DNA of 64,000 nucleotides from Octopus sinensis (GCF_006345805.1 NC_043003.1:12586001-12650000); one strand, 5' to 3'. Shown: positions 25,780 through 39,088, counted from the stretch's first letter. Program-made: numbers and translations. The notes: generated by a model not told the origin, from the sequence alone.

Positions 25780-28700
25780 GTAAGTAAATGTTTTCTCTTC
25801 CCATCTGGTGGAGTCCTACACCTGATGTTCATTCCAGTGGTGCTAGTGCATGGAATGCATTCATGCCTCCATTTATTTTGATTTAAAAACAAAACATTTC
25901 CCGACCCACCCTTTTCCATTAGTGCTTCTTATTTCTATTCAATTGTCCTTTTTTCCCCCCCAAGGTTTGATCATGGGGTGTTAACTTTATTATCCACTGG
26001 AATTATGGAGGACTAAAGATTTTAAAACATTGATTATTTTTTTTTCTTTCAAGCGAGTAATACAGTAATACAATTTTTATGTTATCTTTTTTCCTCATTC
26101 CTGCTTTATTTATTTATTTATTTATTCATTTATTAAATTTGTATATTTTTATGGCATTGGAATGCTTTCTCCATAAATTGATGGTAGAATTTAATTTCTA
26201 AATTTCTAAATTTCAAAAATTTATAACAATAACAAAAATAATACTAATGTAGAAAAAACAGTAGTACTATAACTTTCTTACAACAATAATGATTGTTACT
26301 TAAGTTACTAATTAATGAAATACATTTTTCCCTGTTTTTCCACAAACAACTTTCAATGAGAAATTTATAAAAGTCAGATATTATTGTCTATAATCTGAGT
26401 GGGGTTGGGTGAAACCTATTTTTTGCAGTATTAGTGAATAGTGTCTTTTAGTTCTTTCATAAATTAAAAAGTCTGGTAATCTAATAGAGCCAATCTGATT
26501 AACAATACTTTATATTACAAAATGGTCTTGTACATCAGAAATAAGTTAAATTACTTCTTATTGAAAATATATGAAGTCCTTCTTCATTTGGCTTTTGATT
26601 TTAAGTAACAGGGGTCTATTTCATTCAACAGTTTAATAATAATAATTAATATCCCTTTGTAGTAATATTAAGTGGTTCATATTTTTTAACATCTCATATT
26701 AGTTGCCATATTAATTCTAACAAACTGCTAGAATATAACAACAGCTGTATATTATACTGGTTGATATACTTTCCAGTTACAGATTTGTAATTCCAAACAA
26801 ATCTGTGTGTCTGTGTATATGTATATATGTATATATATGTACTCATACACAAATGAAAATATGTAGTCCAGTCCGTTACATGTAATAACTTGTTAGTGTG
26901 TTTCTGCTCAACTTTACTGATGTAAATTGAATTTCACAGTTGTTCTCAATCAATACAAGTTTGTTTTAGCTCACCTTAAGGCCGTTTTAGTCTCAATTCA
27001 TTTTTTTTTTTTTTTTTTTTATGATTTACAAGTCAAAACTATTAAAGGGGGAAATAAATAGGAGAAAAATGCTTTTCAAAAGATATTTCCCTCATTTTTC
27101 TAATCCATTTGGGGTTTAGAGCATGACCCTTTACCTTCGGCTAAAGAGTAAGTAAACAAGAAATTTGAGCTGTGCTTTTTAAAAAATGGTAACTTTATGT
27201 ATGGCTGTTGCTTGATACTCTGCTAGTGGGTCTCAATCCTTATTCATATATGTATGCATGTACATGGCTTTCCTCCAAAAAAAAAAAATATATAGCTTCT
27301 TACTTATTTTCAAACATACATGTCTCATGGATTCTGTTCCATTTATTAAATATTTCAACTTTTCATAGTTTATTTGCTATCATAGATGTCCACTCATAAG
27401 TTTTACATATCCGAGTGTGTTTATGAATAGGTCTCTGCTATTTATCTTCAGTTGTTTACTCACCAGATTGTCTACATGTGTGTAGGTAAATGGCAAAAGT
27501 TTAGAAACTGGCACAAGCGAGATAGGATGTGTCATGTGATTCAAGCTAAATGTTGTGTTCAGTTTTTTTATTATTGCATTGTAAACATTTCGTTACACAC
27601 AGTTAGCCGTATATTCTTTTATTGAAACCGAAGAGAAACTTTGTCAATGTGAATGTTAATATGCATGAATGAAATTTGCACCGTAGAAATGCAAAATGTT
27701 TGTGTGTCAAGCATGGTAACATTTAAAGTTCACGAGAGTGCCAACAGAAAGGTATTCTTGGAAGCCACTAGTGATCAACTAGCTACAAAGAAATGAATCT
27801 TACTTGTGCTATTTATCAGATTGTTGTGTCTAATCTCTCTGTTATACATGTGTGTATATATATATATATATATGTGTGTTTGTGTGTGATATATACACAC
27901 ACTCATGACATATTTCTAAATCAGTTCATTTTGTAATATTGTAACATTCTGTTTATACACGGTCTGAAACATATATATCTTGTGCAATGTCTGCTTTTTT
28001 TAGAGGTTATGACAATTAACTTTCAGGGTTTTCAACTCTGGATGTTAATTTAAAGAGACTACAACAAACAAAGTCTTCACTTAATCTTTCTCTGATTTTT
28101 TTATTTGCTGCATGGAATGTTTTTCCCCCCTTATGCTTGTGTACAAACCAAAACTTCACATTTTGTAATCTAACTATCACTGCTCCTTGTTGTCTGTGTT
28201 CTGTTCTAATCAATATTGAAAATATTTCATCTGATTTTTATTATAAAAAAAAGATTGTGTAGCACCTTTGTTTTTGGATTTGTTTCCATGTATGTTAATG
28301 GAATCAATAAATGTCAAACTTGGCTCTCTTTTTTGCCCCTATACACACACATACATACACGTTCACATGCACACACAACAGTCAATTTGTTGTATTTTTC
28401 CATGAAGCCATTTTTGTTTCGTTAGCCTACCACAGTGGTTTTAGAATTGCTTTTCAGAGTCATTAGCAAACTGTTATATAATTACTTCTCATTTATCCCA
28501 ATTTTATTTTCCAACTTTTATTTCTATTCTGAAGTACTTATTCCTTTGGATAAAATAGCTACCATTATTATTTATGTAATATTTAGTGGAGTTTTATTCT
28601 TCTCATGATTCACCCTGAGTCAGTTGAGCTGGTTCCAATTTCGGAGTTTCGGTGGGAATACATGTTCACATGTAGTCTTGGTCACATGGATACTCACTTT

Positions 28701-28959
28701 GGAATAGTGTAATCCATAGCAGCCCATCTTCCTGTTGATTGTCAACCATTGCAGAGGATTCACTGACCAAATTACTGCTACTTATCAAAACTGATGTAGT
28801 CTGGCTTCAAAGCAAGTTCTAGAGACATGCTTTAACAGAAAGCTAAGGGGTATCTCACTCCCAGTCGTCTTCCAGCATGCCAGACGCTGACCTAGAATTT
28901 ATGAGGGCACATACTAAGTTAGTTATATTGCTTGTAATAAACTTAGTATTATTACCATT

Positions 28960-30900
28960 AAGTTAGGGAGCTGGCAGGAGCATTAGTGTGTCAGACATGC
29001 TTTGCAGTATTCCATCTAGCTCTTTATACTCTGAGTTCAAATACCACCAAGGTCGATTTCACCTTTCATGTTGATGAAATATGTACCAGCTGAGTTCTGA
29101 GGTCAAAGTAATCAACCAGGCCCCTTCTCCAAATTTCAAGCCTTGTGCCTATAATGGAAAGGAGGTCCCCTGTGCCGGTGGCATGTAAAAAGCACCCACT
29201 ATACTCTCAGAGTGGTTGGTGTTAGGAAGGGCATCCAGCTGTAGAAATTCTGCCAGATCAAGATTGGAGCCTGGTGCAGCCATCTGGTTCTCCAGCCCTC
29301 AGTCAAAATCGTTCAACCCATGCTAGCATGGAAAGCGGATGATTATTATTATTATTATTATTCAGCAGATTGACAGAATCAGTTGAGCATCAGGCAAAAT
29401 ACCATAATACCAGATCATAAAGAGCCATTAAATTATGATTCTGTGTTCCAAGTTCACATTCCACTGAAGCCAACTTTACCTTTCGTTCTCCTGAGGTTGG
29501 TATTGTAAAGTAACTGTCAAATCCTGTAATCAATATTATCAATTATATTTCTCCCTTAAAATTTGATGCCTCATGTCTACATCAGGAATCAATATTAATC
29601 AATATTATTATTGTTAATACCTTTTAGCTACAAGCCCAGCTAATGCTTCTAAATGTAATAATTTCTATGAGATAGAAATATTTAAAATTTTGTTTTAAAG
29701 AAAGACATCTAAATCTCACTCAACAAAGAAAAGTATAAATAGTGTTAAAGATATTAGCATTCTTGCATTAACACAAAATTAGTAGACTTGTAGACCACCA
29801 GTTATCTTATGAAGATTAAAAATGATGGATGGCAGACTCAGTGGAATGCCAAGCAAAATGCTTAGTATTTAGTTACATCCTTTTGCATTTTGAGTCTAAG
29901 TTCAGCCAGAGTTGACTTTGGTGTTCATCCTTCTGGGGTCAGTAAAACAAGTATCAGTCAAGTTCTGAGATCGAATTAATTTATTGTACCCTCTCCCTAC
30001 TCTTCCCAGTTGCTCAGTGATGTAAGAAATTATTAAAATCATTATTAATTCTAAGGACAACACGGTAAGCTGGCAGAATCATTAACATGTTGGACAAAAG
30101 GCTAAGTATTTCGCCTGTCACTACATTCTGAGTTCAAATTCTGCTGAGGTTGACTTCGCCTTTTATCCTTTTGTAGTTGATAAATTAAGTACCAGTCAAG
30201 CACTGGGGTCAATATAATCAACTAGACCCCTCCCACAAAATTTCAGGCCTTGTACCTAAAGCAGAAAGGACTATTAATACTAAGGATATGGTGGCAAGCT
30301 CACAGAATCATTAGGACACTGGGCAAAATACTTGGCAGTATTTTGTCCATCTGGACGTCCTGAGTTCAAATCTCACTGAGGTCAACTTTATCTTTCATCC
30401 TTTCAGTTTTGATGAAATAATTGTCATTCAAACACTGGCATCAATGTAATTGACTAGCATGGTCACCCAAAATATTTCAGGCCTTGTGCCTTATAGTAGA
30501 AAGGCTTATTATTACTAAGGTTAGCAGATTTGGTAGAATGCTTGATAAAGTCCTCTTTTTGGTGATTATATCCATTTACATTCTGAGACTTTGGATTTCA
30601 TCCTTCTGGGGCCTGTAATAAGAATTAGGATTGTTTAAATTGATTATATTGTTCCCACTTAATCTAATGCAGAGGTAATTTAATATTGGTACTAATACTG
30701 AATAGGAAGATTAGCAGAATCAACAGATTATTGAACAAAATCTCATGTGTATTTAGTTCTCACCCTTTATGTTCTAAGTTCTAATCCTATTAAGGCCAAT
30801 TTGTCATTCACCCTTCTGAAGTTGATTAAATATGTACCAGTCATATATTGGATTCAGTTAAATTGTCTATATTCTTCCTCCTTAAATTTTGGTTTGAAAC
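28960..30900 (+). mobile_element. Cluster of about 7 co-oriented family A SINEs plus one family C SINE (29165-29345)
   Basis: Repeated GCTGGCAGAATC...TTCTGAGTTCAAAT...CCTTTCATCC...GTACCAG units of varying decay. Confidence 0.8.
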
Positions 30901-31226
30901 AATTATTATTACATGAATATTTTTATATAGATATGATAAGTTATATAAGAAAAACATACATTTTTATTAAAACAGAAGTTTTTTTTTGTTTTTTTTTTTG
31001 CAATACTAAGTTAATATATAGTTTAAATGTGTAACAGATGTGTTAGTGTATTTAAGTAAGAAACTTGTATAGATGCTGTTTAATGATAATGCTGTCAAGC
31101 TAACAAACATTATATGTAACTGAATAAACCTAGATTCTTTGATTTAGTGATTTTAAACATCATTTTTATTACAGTTTTTGGTACGTAAGAAAACTAATTG
31201 ACATATACTTTTATTTCTTTTTCTAG

Positions 31227-31377
31227 TGATTCAAATGTTCCTTTTGAGAGTTGGGATAGTGATCGGGTTGCCTCTTGGCTTCATGAAATTGGCCTTGACA
31301 TGTATGTCCATGAGGCACGAAGATGGATCAGGAATGGAGAACAGCTGTTAAATGCTACCCACCACGATTATGAAAAG
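31227..31377 (+). CDS. PPFIBP1: Liprin-beta coding exon D, SAM1 start: (H)DSNVPFESWDSDRVASWLHEIGLDMYVHEARRWIRNGEQLLNATHHDYEK
   Basis: ttttctag acceptor and AAG|gttcgt donor. Shows the SAM pattern W...V..WL..IGL..Y. Confidence 0.95.
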
Positions 31378-32470
31378 GTTCGTAATCCAGTGTGGTTGTG
31401 TTTAGTATCTAGTTGCTTAACAATTCTGAAATAAGGGAAAATCTGAAGATTTTTCTTTTCTTTCTTTCTTTTTGATGTTAAGACTATGATGGAACAAAAA
31501 GATTGAATACTTCATGAGTCTTAAAGACCATGTGTGATAAAAAATTAAAAAAACTATGTTTCAAAATCGCCCTTTTGATATCACTAGTCATTGTCATTTT
31601 AATGTCTGTTTTCCCTACTATCATGCCATGAAACACATGAAATATATTAATATGTGGTGGATTGTAAACTGTTTGTCCAAAATATTATTCACTCTGTAAA
31701 GAAGCTGACAAAATACAGTCATTAGTTATCTCAGAAAAAATCTGAAACCTATACCATTCAAACATTTGTGAGAAACAGTCTGGCATCGTAATAACCCTGC
31801 ATTAGAAGAGTCATGTGATCAAATCTCTGGAATAGATTGAAGAAATTTGATTTCATCTTTCATAGTCAACAGAAAAGATATACTCTACTAGGAAGGAGAG
31901 TTTTCAATATTTCATTGTTTGATGCAATGAAACCAACATCCTGAACTGTATTATAAAAAGTAAAAGTGTATTTAATTAGCAAACCTACTCCTGATGAGTT
32001 TTTGTTACTACCATAATTAAATACATTGTCTACCACTTTTAATGATTTAATGATATTTTTTTCATTTTAGTCTCCTATCTAAGCATAAATATGCAGTCCT
32101 TCTCTTTTGGAATTTATTCTCTTCATGCATTACTAGCAACCCCCAACCTTATTCTTGATTCCATTCTGTGAAGCCTGACATAAGATATTGGTGCACTATT
32201 TTGTCTCTGAAATAATAATAATGAAAAACACTCCAAAGAGAAATTAATCAGATTAATGAATGCAGCGAGACCTCCCGTTCTACAATTTGAAATTGCTATG
32301 GAGAAAAAGAATTTTAATTTAGAAGTTATACAGCTTTAAATGATTGGGTAACTTTTATAGATATAATTTGATTAATCTGGGGAGGAAGGAAACACAAGAA
32401 TAAGATAGACAAACTCTAAATGTAATTGTAATATGTCTGTCTGTATAAAGACAAACACACACAGATGCTT

Positions 32471-32503
<33 letters not shown>

Positions 32504-32534
32504 AAACTAGCACTCTGTCAGTAGCAATGATGCA

Positions 32535-33152
32535 TGTTCCACTTGATCCAATCAATGTAACAGCAGCCTGCTTGTGAAATTAACATGCAAGTGGCTGAGC
32601 ACTCCACAGACATGTGTACTCTTAACATAGTTCTCGGGGAGATTCAGCATGACACAGAATGTGACAAGGCTGGCCCTTTGAATTACTGGTACAACTGATT
32701 TTTGCCAGCTGAATGGACTAGAGCAACGGGAAATAAAGTGGCACGTAAAAGGGCACCATTCGAGCGTGATCGTTACCAACGTCACTGTACTGGCACCTGT
32801 GCTGGTGACATGTGTAAAAAGATTTGAGTGAGGTCATTGCTAGTATCGCCTGACTGGCCCCATGCTGATGGCACATAAAAAGCACCCACTACACTCTCAG
32901 AGTGGTTGGCGTTAGGAAGGGCATCCAGCTGTAGAAACTCTGCCAGATCAAGATTGGAGTCTGGTTCGCCAGCCCTCAGTCAAAATCGTCCAACCCATGC
33001 TAGCATGGAAAGTGGACATTAAACAACGATGATGATGATGATGACGATGATGATGATTATTATTATTATAATAGACGCAACACACTGCCAGGAATTGAAC
33101 TCATGACCTTCTGTTCATGAGTTGAATTCCCTAATCACTAAACTATGTGCCT
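32535..33152 (-). mobile_element. Family D tRNA-derived SINE split by a family C insertion (32738-33056)
   Basis: GTGAAATTAAC..GCAAGTGGCTGAGCACTCCACAGACAC is shared with 38905-39088, 49090-49240 and 63957-64000. The tRNA-like head resumes at about 33075-33152. Confidence 0.75.
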
Positions 33153-33511
33153 TCAACAAGCACATGCTAAATCAATTTTTTTTTTCTACAGTGTTCCATT
33201 TATTCTTACTTTTCCAAAGGAAACAATAGATTTCAGTTCAAATATCCCCATATTGTTTAGAAATTTCATGAAATGGATGAGGCAGAAGATTTTTACCTCC
33301 AAGTAATTACTTCACTTTTAAGATTGTTTTTAATAATTAGTAACTGACATTGAGGCAATTTCCATGGTTCAAAATGTTTGCATATCTTATTATAAATGAA
33401 GCTGCACTAACTTCAGTTTGCAATATAAGTTTAAAATGGTTTGATGACAGGAAAACAGAATCTTCTCTTTTTATAATTTTAAATTAACTTTTTTATTACA
33501 TTACTTCTCAG

Positions 33512-33623
33512 GAATTGGGTATGAAAAATCATCTACATCGAAAAAAGCTTCAATTAGCTCTGGAAGCAGCTCATTCTGGTCTTAAGGATCGTATATTAGA
33601 ACTTAACCACAACTGGGTTACAA
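33512..33623 (+). CDS. PPFIBP1: Liprin-beta coding exon E: ELGMKNHLHRKKLQLALEAAHSGLKDRILELNHNWVT
   Basis: cttctcag acceptor and A|gtaagt donor. Matches ELGIKHSLHRKKLQLAL...NWVT. Confidence 0.96.
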
Positions 33624-34033
33624 GTAAGTATGTGGGTTTCACATGTTGAATCAGTTGTATGTAATCAGATGTGCCTGACTCTGGCTTCAGCATAGTTTGG
33701 AGCCTGTTTTAAAGTCGATGAACTTGCATGTCTTCAGACTAGTAACTAACTATGTAACATAATTTTTACTATTTTTAATAGATTTTTTTTTTTATCTTTG
33801 AATTTGTTTCAGTCATTGACTGCAGCAATATTGGAGCGCCTGTCTTGAAGAGTCTTTTAGTCAAATGAATTGACCTACTACTTTTTATTTTCTTGAACTG
33901 ATACTTATACTATCAGTCTCTTTTGCCAAACTACTAAGGTATAAGAACATAAAAAACCCGACACTGGTTGTCAAGCGGTGGTGTAGAACAGACCACACAC
34001 ACACACACACACTGTGGGGTTCTTTGAGTTTCT

Positions 34034-34241
34034 TATTTCTTTATTGCCCACAAGGGGCTAAACATAGAGGGGACAAACAAGGAAAGACAAATGGATTAAG
34101 TCGATTACATCGATCCCAGTGTGTAACTAGTAAGGCAAAGTTGACCTCGGCGGAATTTGAACTCAGAACGTAAAGACAGGCGAAATACTGCTAAACGTTT
34201 CGGCCGGTGTGCTAACGTTTCTGCCAGCTCGCACCCTATTT
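34034..34241 (-). mobile_element. Family A SINE (long tail) with 17-bp TSD, inserted in a family B SINE
   Basis: GGGTTCTTTGAGTTTCT at 34017-34033 and 34242-34258. Confidence 0.85.
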
Positions 34242-34974
34242 GGGTTCTTTGAGTTTCTACCTAGCAAATCCACCCACAGGGCTTTGGTCAGCTTAGTGCC
34301 CAAGGTGCCATGCAGTGGGACTGAACCCATAACCATGTGATTGAGAAGTAAACATCTTACCACACAGCCATGCCTTGTTATGAAATATGAAATTTTCTCA
34401 AAACTCATTTCTATAATTCTGAAGAATTATTTACCAGAATAAAACTAGATTAGATGATCTACTTTGGTTATTGATTTTACTTGTATTTCATGTAGACACA
34501 AGCACGACCATGTGGTTAAGAAGCTTGCTTTTCAACCATGTGGTTTCAGGTTCAGTCCTACTGTATGACCCTTTGTGCAAGTGTCTTCTACTTTAGACCC
34601 AAGACAAGGAAATTTGGTAGGCAGAAACTATATGGAAGCCTGTCCCATGTGTGTGTATGTTTTTGTGTCTTATGTTTGTCCCCACACAGCTTGAGAACAG
34701 GTATTGGTTTGTTTACATCCCTATGACTTATGTTCAGCAATAGAATAAGTTCCTGGCTTAAAAAACTACATTACTACTGGGGTGAATATGTTCATCTGAG
34801 CCCTTCAATGTGGTGCTCCAGCATGGCTGCAGTCCAATGAGTGAAGCAAGTAAAAGATAAAAGGTAAGTCTTGAAGGTAGCAATCTGAGAATATAATGAT
34901 CAGAATATAAGGTATTTAACATCATTAAATATAATTCATAGTTCCACCACTCTTAATGATTTTGTGTGCTTCAG

Positions 34975-35063
34975 GATGGTTGGATGACATTGGAATTCCT
35001 CAGTACAAGGACACTTTCTTTGAGGCTCGAGTTGATGGACTCATGCTGCATTATTTGACTGTG
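34975..35063 (+). CDS. PPFIBP1: Liprin-beta coding exon F, SAM2: (R)WLDDIGIPQYKDTFFEARVDGLMLHYLTV
   Basis: gcttcag acceptor and GTG|gtgagt donor. Matches RWLDDIGLPQYK..F.E.RVDGRMLHYMTV. Confidence 0.96.
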
Positions 35064-35150
35064 GTGAGTAATTTTCAATTTATTATAAACATTATTTTAC
35101 CATTTAATGCTTGGAAATAAACAAAATTGTATTTTGCTGTTGTTTTTTAA

Positions 35151-35370
35151 CCCTTTAGTGTTCAGATTACTCTGTTAAATGTAATATTTTTTTACTCAAA
35201 TTGTTTTGAATTAATCAAGCATTATCTTATAGCTTTGAGGTTTCAATGATGTGATTGTTTATTTTTAGAATGTCAATGTAGGTTAGGTGTGAGATGCTAG
35301 ATATGGCCAGTTTGAATATAAAACATATAGAATATTTTGTCCGGATATGGACGGTTTAAGCACTAAAGGG
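35151..35370. mobile_element. piggyBac-like MITE P1
   Basis: Perfect TIR CCCTTTAGTG/CACTAAAGGG with TTAA on both sides. Confidence 0.85.
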
Positions 35371-35709
35371 TTAAATGTTTTCCAGAAAGCATAATAATAT
35401 GAGGGAATATTATTCCAAACTTACAGGGAAAAATTCAATTTAGAAATACTAAATCAAATTTCACAATATATAATATATATATATAAATTAGAAAAAAACC
35501 ACCTTTTATCAATTCAATAATGAAAAATTAAATTATACCATTTAGAAAAATTACATATAGAAAGATTAAATATAAGATAAAACATATAACAATGATTAAG
35601 TAATGTGAAAAATAATAAATAAAACGTATATATTAGGTAGAATAACGACACGTGTTTCGTGGCTATATTTAAGAAATGATAATAGTAATAATAATAGTAG
35701 TAGTAGTAA

Positions 35710-36006
35710 AATATTTGAGCGGTTCCAAGTGGTGCTGTTTTCTGCAAGTGCTCCACCCTTATTGCAGCTCCTATTTGTTCCACGTATTTCTTGAGATTTT
35801 TGCTCACTGTTCCCAGGGCTCCGACAATTATTGGTACTACTACCACCTTTTTCATCGACCACAACTGCTTAACTTCCCAAGCTAACTTGTCATATCTCTC
35901 GACTTTTCTTTCTTCCTCATCGCATACCTTGTTGTTAGCTTGGCATGCTATGTCTATGATCCAGCATAGTTTGTTTTCTTTCTCAATTAAGACTATGTCT
36001 GGCTTC
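35710..36006 (-). mobile_element. R4/Dong-like endonuclease-domain fragment
   Basis: Minus strand reads KPDIVLIEKENKLCWIIDIAC...KVERYDKLAWEVKQLWSMKKVVVVPIIVGALGTV...LQKTAPLGTAQI and ends in a TAA/TAG microsatellite. Confidence 0.85.
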
Positions 36007-36059
36007 CATTTTTTTATTATTATTTCATTTGAATTTTTTTTTTTTTTCCTGTATTTCAG

Positions 36060-36185
36060 GAAGATTTACTTGCACTGAAAGTCTCCAATGAATTGCATCA
36101 CATAAGTATCAAACGAGCTATCCAGACATTACGAATGCACAATTTCAACCCTCAGTGTCTTAAACGTAGACCCTCAGCTGATGAA
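36060..36185 (+). CDS. PPFIBP1: Liprin-beta coding exon G: EDLLALKVSNELHHISIKRAIQTLRMHNFNPQCLKRRPSADE
   Basis: Poly-T tract plus tttcag acceptor; GAA|gtaagt donor. Matches DDLLSLKV..LHHLSIKRAIQVLR.NNF.P.CLRRRPSDE. Confidence 0.96.
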
Positions 36186-36644
36186 GTAAGTTCTTATAAT
36201 AATAGCTGCTGTTGTCAAACAAACATCATCAGTGTCATTTGATACTTCAACTAACCATTGATACAATTTACTAATCGGTGAAACTCTTTGATTAGAATTC
36301 TTATCTAAAATAATTGAGAGAAACACAGAACATCTCATTTGTTAACTCTTTTGATACCAACCCACCATCAATTGAGCACAGGATTAAGTAGAGATACCCA
36401 AGAACAAATACAGACTATCTGACCAGTTACAACATGGTTTCCATTTAACAGCTGTAACTCATAAGGTAATGGCCAACCCAAGGCTATGGTACAAATCACT
36501 TGCTGAAGGTGCTACACTGTAGAATGGAATCTCAAATCCTGGGGTTAGCAAACTTCTTAACTCAACAGCCATACTTCTACCAAACTAGTGCTCCTGTTTA
36601 AAATAACTGATTACATATTTATAGGATTCTAGTCGTATATATTG

Positions 36645-37113
36645 TACAGGATATTAAGCGACTAGAATCCTTCGATCACCTCTGTCTACGCTGCATCCTT
36701 CGTTTCCGATGGCATCACTTTGTCTCCAACAATTCAGTGCGATACCAGTGCAGAATCACCTTCCTCTGACAAGTCATCCTAATGAGACGTCTGTGTTAGC
36801 TGGGTCATGCCCTCCGTCGTCAACCAGGAGAATTCATCTACGAAGTAATTGCCCCAGCTCCCCTTCAGGGTTGGCGAAAGCAATGTGATGGACAACGAAA
36901 AACCTGACTGATGATAGTCAAGGCTGATCTGGAACCCAACCTAGGCCCCCATGTCTACAGCGTTCGCCGCTGGAATAAAGAGTGGTTGGAGATCACACAG
37001 TTGTTAGCCTCAAATCACCAGGCCTGGTTGGCATTTGTGAGAGATGCAGCATTGAGGATGAATGAAGCCAGCTCAATCCACCCCCGGTGAATGCTGTCTC
37101 AAGACAAGACAAG
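36645..37113 (+). mobile_element. RTE-clade LINE 3' fragment with (CAAGA)n tail
   Basis: Reads DIKRLESFDHLCLRCILRFRWHHFVSN...LGHALRR...GWRKQ..GQRKT...VRRWNKEWL with in-frame stops; tail caagacaagacaag. Confidence 0.8.
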
Positions 37114-37324
37114 ATATATATAGAAGAATTAAGCATACCTCATATCTCTCTTTCTCTCTCTCAATCATGATTGTAAAATGTAGTTTAATGTTGTTTTTAG
37201 TGTGTCTCTTAATGCAAATTCTAACTTAAAATACTCTCATGAATTCAGATGAGAAGTCTAAACAGTGTTTTGAATATTCTCATTTACTGTATTTGATGGC
37301 ATAAAAGATGCATTGGTATATTAA

Positions 37325-37545
37325 CCCTTTCGTTATCAACCCAGCTGAAACCGGCTCTGGCTCTGTAGTACAAATGTCTTGTTTCCATAAGTTTTGAATT
37401 AAAATCTTCCACCAAACTTTAGTCACAATTAATGTTCCTGACCCTAGCTTAATGATAAATAAGTCATTTTACTAAATTCTTTGTTATACCTAAAATAATT
37501 TAGAGAAACACAGAGCATCTCAAAATAAATACAGTAACAAAAGGG
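37325..37545. mobile_element. piggyBac-like MITE, family P2
   Basis: TTAA|CCCTTTCGTTA...TAACAAAAGGG|TTAA. Reverse-oriented copies lie in 44849-46022. Confidence 0.85.
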
Positions 37546-38174
37546 TTAAACACAACACAATTTCAGCAGCACATATTCAGGATCAAAGATATTAGTGCAT
37601 TAAAGACCAAAATTAGCTTATGGGAGGTCCACCTTTGATATAGGACATGAGGTGGGGGGTTTTGGGGGTGGTTTTTTGAGACATTTTTTGTGGAAGAAGA
37701 GTGCATCTTATGGGCCATCAAATATTGTAATTTATTTGAAATTTTACTATGGGCCACACTATTGCTTTCATCACTAAGATGACTGTGTAAGCTTTTTTGA
37801 GGTTTTAGATCATTTTGAGTTCGGCAGTGAACCATTGATATTATTCCTGTTTGATAAAGCAGCAAGCTGGCAGAATTGTTAACGTTCCAGACAAAATGCT
37901 TAGTTTACATTTCTTCCAGTTTTACTTTCTCAGTTCAAATGCCACCTAGGCTGACTTTACCTTTCATCCTTTCAAGGTTGTTAAAAGAAGTACTACTTGA
38001 AAACTGATGTGAATGTAATCAACTTCCCTTTCCCTCAAAATCTACTGGCCCCTTACCAAAATTAGATAGAATTATCACTGTTTGATCATTTCTGTTTTAA
38101 TCTACTTTATTGATTTCATTGCATAGAATTATGCTTCATGATTTGTTTTTATTTTTATTTATTTTTTTATAAAG

Positions 38175-38306
38175 GTTAATAAACAGAATATCCCAGGTGA
38201 AGTTATTCTGTGGTCAAATCACAGAGTAATGGAATGGCTGCGTACTATTGACCTTTCTGAATATGCTCCTAATCTACGAGGAAGTGGAGTGCACGGAGCA
38301 CTAATA
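38175..38306 (+). CDS. PPFIBP1: Liprin-beta coding exon H, SAM3: VNKQNIPGEVILWSNHRVMEWLRTIDLSEYAPNLRGSGVHGALI (start may instead be 38187)
   Basis: T-rich tract plus aaag acceptor, with a second in-frame cag 12 nt downstream; ATA|gtaagt donor. Matches WTNHRVMEWLRSVDLAEYAPNLRGSGVHGGLM. Confidence 0.95.
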
Positions 38307-39088
38307 GTAAGTAATCTCCATACAATTTGAATTAGGGGGGCAGGGGTAGATGTATTTTGGTTAAATGGGAATTTCCCATTTGCTTAATCTAATTGTATCA
38401 TTAATTGTATTGTGATAGTACCATGAGGTAAATAATGTTGCTACATGATCTCCAACCAGCTGTTTCCTGTCACTGTTCTGGCCTCATTCCAGCTTCACGA
38501 CCCTTTTTTGTCTCCTTTCCTTCTCAATAGCCCTTTGCTTTCTGGATCTTATCTGAGGATGTGTCTGATCCAGTTCCAGTGTCTGCATCTTATATTGTCA
38601 CTGATCCTGTTGTATGTATTGTACATTCTGATGGTCATTCTGTCAACTGTAAAGCAAACAGATTAGAGAATCAACATTTAATGTCCGTTTTCCCATGGCT
38701 AGAAGTCCTTTCTGTCAATAACCATCACTTGTTTCCAAATAAGGTAATATTTTCTCATGATCAAACATCTTTCCATGGAAGATTGGAAAGAAAGGACACT
38801 GCTTGTGTGACGGTGAGACTCGTTTACAACTATGACATAATCTCAAACGTTTTCATGTTGTATTAAGCGCCAAGTTAATTAAAACTAAAACAAATATTAA
38901 CATAACCGTGGCACTCCGTCGGTTACGACGACAAGGTTTCTAGTTGATCCGATCAACGGAACAGCCTGCTTGTGAAATTAACGTCCAAGTGGCTGAGCAC
39001 TCCACAGACACATGTACCCTTAACATAGTTCTCGAAGAGATTCAGCGTGACACAGAGTGTTACAGGGCTGGCCCTTTGAAATACGAGT

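Noticed and set aside
27430-27530. Possible cassette exon ending tgtag|gtaaat in intron C-D
   Set aside because: The available acceptors give 19, 34 or 55 nt, none frame-preserving, and no recognisable peptide.
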